DNA from: Octopus vulgaris
Lineage: Eukaryota
Length of the DNA: 64,000 nt
NCBI GenBank assembly: GCA_951406725.2
Contig: OX597817.1
Span: 111,290,001-111,354,000 of the forward strand
Direction of reading: 5' to 3'
Part shown: piece by piece, positions 53,683 through 64,000 of the stretch
Layout: each line of letters starts with the position of its first letter
How positions within the stretch are numbered: position 1 is the stretch's first letter
Position numbers and translations under genes: made by a program
The notes under the pieces: model-generated
What the model saw: only the letters and a program-made list of their open reading frames with translations
The model's database searches: none
Told to the model about the DNA's origin: nothing

Positions 53683-56214
53683 CACACTCACACACACACA
53701 CATGCATGCAACCATCCATCCATACATACATACTATATTATATTCAAGGTAAATATAATTAAATGTAGTTTCTATTTAGGATACCTGTAATTGCTATTCA
53801 AATTCCCCTTCTGTTCAGTTAACTTGGTTTTTCATCTTGTAATTTTTGGGGGGATATAATAAAACAGTATGGTGGAGTTAGTTTTTGAAGAAAATTGTTG
53901 AAAACAAATAAACATAGAGGTAGGAGGGGTGCCTATAGTCAATAATTTTACTAATTAAAAGGCAAAATAGTCATGGCTGGAATGCCTAAGATCATAGGAC
54001 TGTTTGTTCTGCCACTCCTCCCTTGTGGCTATATATCAATAGTAACAACTTTTGATAATTATGTAAAATGCAAAGAGAAAAGAAGAAAGAAATTTTAGAC
54101 AATCTGAAAAACAGATTCAATAACTTGTTTTTTGTTGGTGTTGTTGTTGTAGTTGTTTACCCCAGGTCAGATTTGTGTTGTCATCAGATTAACCTTTATT
54201 AAACAGAGCTTTGAAGGTGTTCAAACCATTAGCATCCTGGCTTTTTGTTAGGCATTATGCACCCAAGACGACATTATTTAGTATATCCTTCCTATTTTAA
54301 AGATGGTTGAGTATGAATTAAGGGAGATTTGGCAGCAATTTCTAGCAGTTCATGAGACCATATAGAGACTCCTTCATGGCTTGTTAGATTTAACTGAGGT
54401 TATCATGTGATGGTACATATAAAATTTCTTTTTGTAAATGTTGCTTGAATTATTTTGACCTGTAGCTCTTGGCAAAACCTAATACTTGATTTTACTTCCT
54501 GATTGTAAACATTTCAACTCACTTATGTTGCTAATGCTCTTGGAAAATATATGGACATCACACAGTCATCTTCCCAATAAATCTGAATTCAAAACCTATA
54601 TTTCTAGTGCTGTCATCATCATCATCATCATCTATACAATTTCTGTGTTGGCAAAGAATGAACTGGTCACCACAGTCAGAGTTGGTTTTTATTTGGAATT
54701 ACTGCCCTCCTAGACGAAGTCTCTTTTATACAGTCCATATTGGCATGATTTCTATAGCTAGATACCCTTCATGGCACTAACCACTTTATAGAGTGTACTG
54801 GGTGCCATTTTCTTATGGTTTGCTGTCAATTGAGTTTCTTATACCCTACAAGTCTGAAGAGTCCTCACTACTCTATGGTATCTCTTTTCATTCAGAGCAG
54901 CATGACCAAGAGGGTGGGTGAGAGTAATGCCAAAAGGACCAAAGTGAGTGGAAGGGAGCCAGAGTATGATGGGAGAAACAGCATAAGTTGGGTGAAGTGA
55001 TAAACAAGAATAAGGAAAGAGGGACAGTACTCAAGAAAGTAATAGAAGAGAGGTAGTGATGGTAACTACATATTTGCGTCCCTCTACAACAAAGGCTTTT
55101 ATTCAATATACTAGGATTCATGTTTCCCAACAGCATACAAACTTATTAATTTTTATACACTTTATTAAATCCTTTTGTTTATGTAAGAGCTCATTATTTC
55201 TTGAATAAATTTAAAGAACATTGTTTATTGAAACCTCACAAAATTTCATTTGAAAGAAATGAAAGTTATTGAATTTAAGAATTGCAGGAAAAAAAAAAAA
55301 GAGTGTATTTCTTGACATTTTTTCTAAAGTATTTTTTTTCTAGTGACATTCATATTAAAGGGGAGGAAAAGCTGACAAACGTTTTACTTTCTCAAAAACT
55401 GTTTCATTGAAATTTTAGAAAAACCTTCTTAAAGTCTTAATTAAGATCTGGTTACACATTTAAGAGGCAAACTGACTTGAGAAAATGTTCTTAGAAAGAT
55501 ATTCACTGTCATTTATTGATGCAGAAAAGAGTAGTTAGTGTCATTAAGATTATGTGTTAGTGGGAGGAGGGTTAATAATTAGGGTTTCAGTTTCCAGGAC
55601 ATCTCTCTCTTGCCAAGTTGATTCATTGTCATTATTTTTATTTGGTCAGGCAGTGTCTTAATAATGTTTCATGCATTTTTCCATAACTGCTTCAAGTAGA
55701 ATTATTATTTTGTTGTCTTTCTCATTATCATCATTGATTCTTGAAATTCTAAGAGTCTAAAATATCTTTTGACTTGGCAACAAGTAAGAAATCCATATTA
55801 GCTGTGGCAAAATTATGTTACTAACTGATTGGTCAGTCAGAATATTTATGACAAACAATTAAAGATATTAACTCTAACGAATGAATATCACTGAAACAGG
55901 ATTATTGATTTTTTTCTTTTTATTTAAAGAATTCCCTCTTTCTGTTAACATACATAATTTCATATTCTTTTACATGCTTATTGCAAATCTAATTAAAACA
56001 GTTACCAAGCAGGATGCTTTTTCTGGAAACTTCAGCTTCTTTCTATGGAAATTACACAAATTTTGTCATAAAACTAGGTCAAAACTAAAAGTATGAATAC
56101 AGAGTACATCCTTTGATTTTTTTGTTTTTGAAGTCATTTGTATAAATTTAGTAAAAATGCATAGCTCATCCAAGAAATGCTGTATTTGAAAAACAAATTA
56201 GTACAACCTTCAGA

Positions 56215-57190
56215 ATATTTTCATCATACATATGTAATGAATCCACCATCAATGGCTGCTTCAATATGGGGTTGGAAGCATTGACATGCCTGAATAAGAT
56301 GATTTTTATCAATTTTGGACATAGTGTTGGTTATGGTGCACTTGAAAGATTGTATGGTGTTATGGGTTGGTTGACCTCTCTGTTGATGACACTCCATACA
56401 TAATAGTCCAGTGGATTGAGGTATGGTGAATTAGGAGGCTATGAGTCTAGAAAAACATGGTCAAGGAGATTGGCACACATCCATACTTTGGTTGTCCTAA
56501 GCCTTATGAGATGGCAGATTCTTGTTAAAAGATGTACAGTCTTCTGTTGCATATTCTGAGTATCCAGGGCCTCACAACTTTCTCCAACACCTATGAAAAA
56601 AGGTGAGGAAGAATGACATCTCCCGCAATGCTGATGACTCTCAGAACTATCATAGTTGCTGGGAACTTAGTATGCATGATCATTGGAACCTCATTTAGGT
56701 CTTTGTATGACCATCTGTCATTCTTTCAGTTTACTTTTTGATCCTGATAGAAGTTTTCTGGCCTCTTAGTGTTTTAAATTGTTCACCAAGCACTTTGCAC
56801 AAATCAAATGATTCTCTCTTGTCACATCTAGCATAAACCCCTTTGCATCACATTTGACTTGTACTGGATGTCCTCATTCACAACTCTTTTTGATGGTGAT
56901 TTCTGAAACCTTGAAGTCCTTTTGTAGTAACTCTGATTGACTTTCTGGAGTTTTTATTATTATTATTATTACTATTTCTTTTACTTTTTGTACAAAGTTA
57001 TGTGCTGCTCTGATGGCATTAGGACCCTGCATATTACTATTTGTTGGATCCCTGTCAGCAACTTCCAGCCCCTTTTGAATTTTGACAGCAAAGAACTAGG
57101 AAACAAGCTATCTCTGCATCACTATGATGCACTTTTAAAGCAACTATCACAGCATGCCTTTTCATTTGCTGGGTCAACCTGATGTCTGTA
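56215..57190 (-). mobile_element. Highly decayed Tc1/mariner-superfamily transposase remnant (DD37D/maT-like motif)
   Basis: Reverse complement of about 56388-56438 reads PPNSPYLNPLDYYVWSV, the conserved SPDLNPxDY catalytic-end motif. Boundaries approximate. Confidence 0.6.
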
Positions 57191-57296
57191 TGGTAAAAAA
57201 AAAAGAAGTTTGAATAACAGATGTACCTTGTAATTAAGCTATTATGTCATATTAATTTGTTTATTCATGCCATAAAAACCTCTCTCCCTCTCCCTT

Positions 57297-57369
<73 letters not shown>

Positions 57370-57370
<1 letters not shown>

Positions 57371-57497
57371 CAGAGTAAGCACATAAACGTGAAACAAAGT
57401 GAAGAAGAATAGAACTTGAATAACCGCCCAACGAATGGGGACGTGAAACTCTGAGTAATAGTTTTTGTGATGTCTTTGCAGCTTTATTGATAAAGTA
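57370..57497 (+). mobile_element. Microsatellite-embedded element with a degenerate hammerhead-like motif (Penelope-like pLTR remnant?)
   Basis: ccaacga-atg-ggga-cgt-gaaa-ctctgag-ta at 57428-57457. Flanks are homologous to 36685-36792 in both orientations. Confidence 0.5.
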
Positions 57498-58381
57498 TAT
57501 ATATATATATATTTATTGAGAGAGAGAGAGAGAGAAGGGGAGAGGGGGGAGAAGAGAAGTCTGGAAAGTAACTAATACAATATATGATATGATATATCAT
57601 GCAGTTTCCTCTATTACAGCAGTCAGTTATAGAAAAGGCATGCACCCATAAAAGTCAACCATAAAATTTCATCCACAAGCTCATAAATTCTGCTGTGCAG
57701 GATCAAACCTTCTCAAAGAATATAATATTCCTATCTAACCAATGCCAGCATAAAAATGAGCATAAAGCAAAATATGGCAATGATGGAATTTATCAAGCAA
57801 TCCATCAGACACGATATCCTTTGAAACTTTTTAAGCTTATGTATAAATACTAAAGCTCTGTAAATTAACACATGAAAAAGGGGGTGAAAAACCCTGATTT
57901 TCTGGACATGAATCATTATTTTTACCAAATTTGATTTGAACTAGCTGAAAAGCTTTTTGCTAATATGAAACCCAAACCAGGGTAATATTAGAATTGCTTG
58001 TATATTTCTTTGTTATAATTGTTCAGTAAATGGTTTGATGTGAGAAGGGAGGGTGTAGGAACTTTTAAAAAAATTGTTACATTATGGTAGAGTCATATCA
58101 GCCATTTAAACTACACATACTCTGATCTATTCACTTTTGTTGTTTAAATTTTGAATGGTGTGTATATGTGTGTGTGTATATATGTTGTATATACCAAAGT
58201 TGTTTGTCATATCTTTATATCCTGGTATTCCATTCTCGACTTCATGGTGTCTAATTCACTGGTCACAGGGATTCTTCATCCCTGCATTTATGGTACAGGA
58301 AAGTGGAAAAGTAGCAGCTAGTTTGTATATGTAAAAGACAAATAACTTTGTGTGTATATTTCAACCTGGTAACCACGTTAG

Positions 58382-58475
58382 TCTGCAATTATGAAAGAAC
58401 TCGATCTTGAGCATAAGGTTCTATATAAACGGATTTATTCATATTTTATTACATGGCCACTGTTGTTTCAGCAAA
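58382..58475 (+). CDS. Candidate exon; frame ambiguous (MKELDLEHKVLYKRIYSYFITWPLLFQQ from 58391, or MATVVSA from 58453)
   Basis: Consensus donor AAA|gtaagt at 58476 in unique sequence containing CpGs. Upstream acceptor is weak. Confidence 0.3.
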
Positions 58476-58719
58476 GTAAGTGATTTCTTTATGTTTATGT
58501 ATGTATTTATATATGTACTTGAATTTCTACCAATACAATACATATGTATGATGTTCATGTTTATGAACATATAAAGTGTGCAGTGTAGATACATAATTAT
58601 ATGTGTGTTCTTCCCCCATTTTGTTTCTGAGTGTATATACACGTCAATGTATGTGTATATATCATTCAGATATATGTCTACATGTATTTTCAATACATAT
58701 ATGTGCATTTTTATATGTA

Positions 58720-59088
58720 TTCTTTTAGTCTTGTTTGGTCATTTGACTGCTGGAGCACTGCCTTGAAGGGTTTTTAATGAAACAAATTGACCCCAGAACT
58801 TGCATTTTTTAAAAACCTGGTACTTATTCTATCGGTCCCTTTTGCCGAACCACTAAGTTACTGAGACATAGACACACTAACGCCAGTTGTCAAACATGAA
58901 GAGAGGGAAAAACATGAACACAAAGACATACACAGATAGATATATGCATATATATACAATGAGCTTCTTTCAGTTTCCATCTACCAAATTCACTCACAAG
59001 AAGACACTTGCCCAAGATGCCATGCTGTAGGACTGAACTGGGTACCTTGTGGTTGGTAAGCAAGCTTCTTACCACACAGCCATGCCTT
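58720..59088 (-). mobile_element. CORE-like SINE (family B)
   Basis: Reverse-complement head, core and tail motifs. Confidence 0.8.
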
Positions 59089-59334
59089 TACATTTTAGTT
59101 ATTCTAATTTTCTTTTATCTGTGTCCTTCGCTTAACAGGCACATTCTGAAATTAAATGATTATCATGCTACTCTCCAATAATAATAATAACTTTTATCAA
59201 ACATCCCAGGAAAAAAACATACATATACAATGAATAAACTCTTGGTTTTGAAATTAGATATATAGCATGCATGAGACTCTCAGCCCTTGAGTCACTTTTG
59301 TAAATTCCTAACAATTAATATCGATATACTGCTG

Positions 59335-59665
59335 AGACCCCACTTAGGTCATGACTGACTATGGGATTGCACCTAGAAAGTTACCCTCCCAGGCACAAGT
59401 CCAGGCAAGATTGTTTATGGAAGACCAGCAGTTGCCCATGAATACTGGCGTCCCCTCTCCATGCCATCAGTGTTATCTAAGGGAAAGGCAAAAGCCAATA
59501 CAACTTGGCACCTGTGATGTCGCAACTCATTTCTACAGGTGAGTGAACTGGAGTAACATGAAATAAAGTGACTTGCTCAAGAACACAACATGCAGCCCGG
59601 TCCGGATTCAAACTCACAACCTCGCAATCGTAAGCTTGACGCTCTAACCACTGAGTCATGCACCT
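59335..59665 (-). mobile_element. tRNA-derived SINE (family D)
   Basis: Minus strand reads gcatgactcagtggttagagcg...gagtttgaatccg (A/B boxes), then tgtgttcttgagcaagtcacttt. A degraded relative lies at about 60530-60690. Confidence 0.75.
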
Positions 59666-59772
59666 TAACATTATCAATACATACATACATATATATATAT
59701 ATATAAACCATATATAATGGTAGTGCTCCAGCAAAGCCACACGTCTTGAGCTGAAACTAATTAAAGAGTTAT

Positions 59773-59947
<175 letters not shown>

Positions 59948-60193
59948 TCTCCTTCTTCCCTTCTTTTCTGAGCATCCAATAATACTATATTTGTTCCACG
60001 TCCTCGCGTTGTTGTGTTTTTTTGTTTTTTTGTGTTTTCCTGTTTGGATTAACTTTATATATATATAAATATATATATATATGTACATATATGTATGTGT
60101 GTGTGTATACAAATGTGTGTGTGCAACCGCGTGTGTACCGTTGGCGATTTTTTTTCCTCTGTCTTCCCTTCTCTGGATCTTTCCTTCTCCTGT

Positions 60194-60228
60194 GTTTCCG
60201 ACGAAGAGCTCCGCTTGAAACATTAAAC
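60194..60228 (+). ncRNA. Minimal type-I hammerhead-ribozyme-like motif, copy 2
   Basis: gttt-CCGACGA-a-gagc-tcc-gctt-GAAA-ca-TT-aaac. Core intact except U4C; loop III is CA instead of CG. Confidence 0.6.
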
Positions 60229-60324
60229 CCTCCTTCTTTCCTGAGTGTCCAATAATACTATATTTGTTCCACGACCTCACATTGTTGTGCTTTCATGTTT
60301 GGATTAACTTTAAATGTATATATA

Positions 60325-60383
<59 letters not shown>

Positions 60384-60705
60384 GATAAGATTCAAGTAAA
60401 AACCTTGTAGAATGCTATGCAAAGCCCATCCACAGTTATTGGTTACCTAATGTCATCATACAGTGGAAATGCTCTTGCTACTGGATGGATATACATCAGG
60501 AATTCTCAGGGAAATTCAGCTCAACACAGAATGTGATAAGGCTGACCCTCTGAATTACAGATACTGCTGAGTAGACTAGAATAATGAAAAATAAAGTGTC
60601 CTGCTCAGGGACACAATGCACTGTTAGGAATTGAACTCACAACCTTATGATCATCAGCAGAAAATCCTAACCACTAAATCACATGACTTCATACATGTGT
60701 GCGCG

Positions 60706-60744
<39 letters not shown>

Positions 60745-60766
60745 ATTTATTATTTATTTATTTATA

Positions 60767-60799
<33 letters not shown>

Positions 60800-61795
60800 G
60801 TATATATATTTGTGATGTGTGTGTGTATGTATGTATGTATGTGTATATATATATCTGTGATGTGTGTTTGTGTAAATATGTAAGAATCTAGAGGGAAAAT
60901 AAATATAACATCACGGATATATTTTAAATGGTCATTATGGTCCTACCATGATACATTTCATTTGTATATTTATGTACTACAAAGTTAAGTATTTCTTTTT
61001 TTCATTTCTTCTTTTTAAGCTTCTATTTCATCTAGTGGAAATTGTCTTATATTTGAATCTATTCTAAATATTTTTCTGAGTCATTTTGACAGCCCCACAG
61101 TTGCATTAATACTAGTATTGTTTTCTATATACAGGTACTTGATGATAAAGTAAAGTATACAATTTCACTAAATAATATATGCTAATGTATCAGCCTATCT
61201 TCTCCATTAAGTTCTTTGCTTTCATTTCAATAAGAATAATAAGCAAGAGAAAAAAAAATAACTCTCACACTCTTATTGCATGTCAGTTTTGTTTGTTCTT
61301 TGTAAAGTCAGCATAGCCAATCTCTGAATACAGAATGGGTTTGCTCTTACTCTGTCTTAATGGGTATTTGCCGAAAAATTGGTTTGACATTATACCCTAT
61401 CACTAGAAAATTCAATCTCTGCATGTTAGTATAATTTCTTTTTTGAGTCTCATCAGATAGATTCTTTTACATCACATAAAATGACTTTGAGGCATAATAT
61501 CAAGAATATGAAATATACATGCACTATCTAACACCCTATACTTTGACTGAATAGATCTTATAGTTTTTTGTATGTTGTATGACTTAATTTGTTTTTCTTT
61601 TTATACCCCTATAACATATAAATAATTATTTTATTACTTATACTAGGAACAGATTTGTTTTTTGTATTAATGATTTTAATATTTTCAACAAAAAGATTTG
61701 TATTTTCTGTAACCATATGAAAGAAAAGAAAAATAATTACTCTGTTTTATTATATTGAAGTTTAAATAACTAACAGTTTAGAAATAGTTTACAAT

Positions 61796-62150
61796 AGGCA
61801 TAGGAGCAGCTGTGTGGTAAGTAGCTTGCTTACCAACCACATGGTTCTGGGTTCAGTCCCACTATGCGGCACCTTGGGCAAGTGTCTTCTACTATAGCCT
61901 CGGGCTGCTCAAAGCCTTGTGAGTGGATTTGGTAGACGGAAACTGAAAGAAGCTCGTCGTATATATGTGTGTGTGTGTTTGTGTATTTGTCCCTCCAACA
62001 TTACTTGACAACCGATGCTGGTGTGTTTACGTCCCCGTAACGTAGCAGTTTGGCAAAAGAGACCGATAGAATAAGTACTAGGCTTAAAAAGAATAAGTCC
62101 TGGCCAGCATGGCCACAGTCAGATGACTGAAACAAATAAAAGAGTAAAGA
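61796..62150 (+). mobile_element. Well-preserved CORE-like bipartite SINE (family B)
   Basis: Full head, ggcaccttgggcaagtgtcttctactatagcctcggg core, internal (gt)n, and cagtcagatgactgaaac..taaaagagtaaaga tail. Confidence 0.88.
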
Positions 62151-63788
62151 GCAATAGATTTATAAAAAATAAAGTAGGTGTAGCAACTGTTTTGTAGAAA
62201 ATGAGAATTTTGATTACTAATAGCATGGAGTTGTTTAACTTATTGTTACTGTTGTGCTTATTTTCATTTCATTTTTTATAACTCTGTTGCACCAAATGAT
62301 TCATATTCTTAAAAACCTCGTCATAATTAATTTGATGTTGCTATTTTTTAAAACTCTATTATTTAAATTTATGACAGAGTGTGTATATTCTAGAATGTAG
62401 CACTTTGCCTGGATAGAAGTCAGCTTTCAAGAAACCATGTCTGCAATCTAGTTTTAATTTCCTTTGTAGCTATTTTATTTCACTTATGTTGTTAATGCTT
62501 ATGGAGAAAGGCTTGGCTTTACTAGAAAGGTTTGGCCTTTACTCTTTTATTATACCTTTCCCCTCTAGTTCACTTTACTTCATGCCTACTCTTAAAATGA
62601 GTAATGAGGAAACCAGTCTTGTGTGTCTCCTCTGATCTGCAATACTAGAACAGATTCTAGCTACACCCAGAAACAATATATTTTTTGAAATAAGAAGCAT
62701 GAAATAAGATAGCAGATCCAGTTTTCTGTCAAAAATCAGCTGCTTTAAAAGCAACTAAATATCATCAATCATTGTTGATTGTGCTTACAGGCACAATAGA
62801 AGATCTGTTTGGCTCAGTTTAACATTTAATTTTACTGATCATATTAATATAATTTCAAGCATTTGTCCTAAATTTGGTATTATCTGATTGTCATGCTGAT
62901 AAATTATAGTTTTTAATTTTTATGAAAAGCTGCAAAGAAACATATACGTTAGATTTTATAATAATTTAGATAGTCATTATTTCATTATGGTTTATGTGTT
63001 GTTTTAAATTTGTAAGAAATTAGCTGAAATTGCTTTCGATAATTTATACAAAATATCTAGTATTCTTTGGAGAAAATATTCAGGGACAGACAACTTCATT
63101 TAGTCGACTCTTCTTATTTATGTCACTCTAAAAACATTCTTATCCATAGCATCTTCTAATAATTTTTGCCTGAATTATCTAAACAGTATTATCTTGATCT
63201 TTATCATTGTGAGTCAGAAAATGCGTAAATGGTAAATTCCTTCTATCATGGTAGCTGGATTGTTGGATGATAACCGTATGGAAATCTTTATTTTATGCAT
63301 GTGCATAAATTACTTGCATTCATTATTACAGTTTTACATTGATAAATACTATTGTATTTTTGGTGTGTTATTCATTATATATTTTGTTACTTCCTGCATG
63401 AATCAAATAAGCAAGATTTTTTCTGAACAAAGTGTTTACATCGAAAATATCCAAAGATCTTTGACTTTGAATAATATGTGGAGATCCTCACTGGTAAAAA
63501 ATTTCCATCATTACATGACACACACACACACACACACACTCTCTCTCTCTCCTTTCTCCCCGCCTCTCTCTCACACACACACAGCTTGTAGAAAATTCTG
63601 CTGTGACATTGGATCTAATCATTACCACCCACCTCTATTATCTCATTAATATCTCTTACCAGCACTGTCATTCCACTTCAGTCACAACCAGCCAAAGTGT
63701 TTAATGTTACACATTGGACTTTAATCCCATATGGCTTCCTGTTTGACAACAAAACACAAAACAAACCCAATATCAGAGTAAAGATTAT

Positions 63789-63930
63789 TTGCCAACATAA
63801 CATGGCAGTCCTGGTTTAGGATGAATGTTGCTATAATTTAGCCCTAGGAGACATCGTCTCCAGCTGGCTATATGACACGATCTGTCTCCTGGGGCTAAAT
63901 TAAACCAAGACTGCCATGTTATGTTGGCAA
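63789..63930. mobile_element. MITE-like nested palindrome, 142 bp
   Basis: 30-bp outer inverted repeat ttgccaacataacatggcagtcctggttta / taaaccaagactgccatgttatgttggcaa, plus inner aatttagccctaggagaca / tgtctcctggggctaaatt. Confidence 0.85.
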
Positions 63931-64000
63931 GTGCCTAAAACATCAAGCAAAGAATATAAGTAGCGATCATGATACACACCATGAAGAAATGATCAAGCTC

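Noticed and set aside
61135-61149. 15-nt microexon candidate VLDDK
   Set aside because: Acceptor is plausible but the donor gtaaag is weak; unverifiable from sequence alone.

Overview
AT-rich, repeat-dense metazoan genomic DNA. The SINE/LINE repertoire and (TA)n/(CA)n/(ATT)n load strongly suggest an octopus (coleoid cephalopod); this is an inference. Most of the window looks like large introns of one + strand protein-coding gene that I cannot name. Three exons splice together in frame (31580-31666, 34940-35129, 36147-36271), and there are further candidate exons at about 39112-39237 and 58382-58475. The rest is interspersed repeats: many tRNA-derived SINEs (Meta-domain-like, CORE-like and other families, often in head-to-tail arrays or inverted pairs), decayed LINEs (CR1/L2-like, RTE, R4/Dong-like), Tc1/mariner remnants, MITE-like fold-backs and a Helitron-like end. 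The most notable signal is a set of minimal type-I hammerhead-ribozyme-like motifs inside short elements embedded in (TA)n tracts. There is a tandem pair 281 nt apart at 59913-60228, and a second family at 57428-57461 with a related perfect hairpin at 36659-36721. These resemble Penelope-like pLTR or retrozyme remnants. Nearly all ORFs in the supplied track are microsatellite or repeat artefacts.
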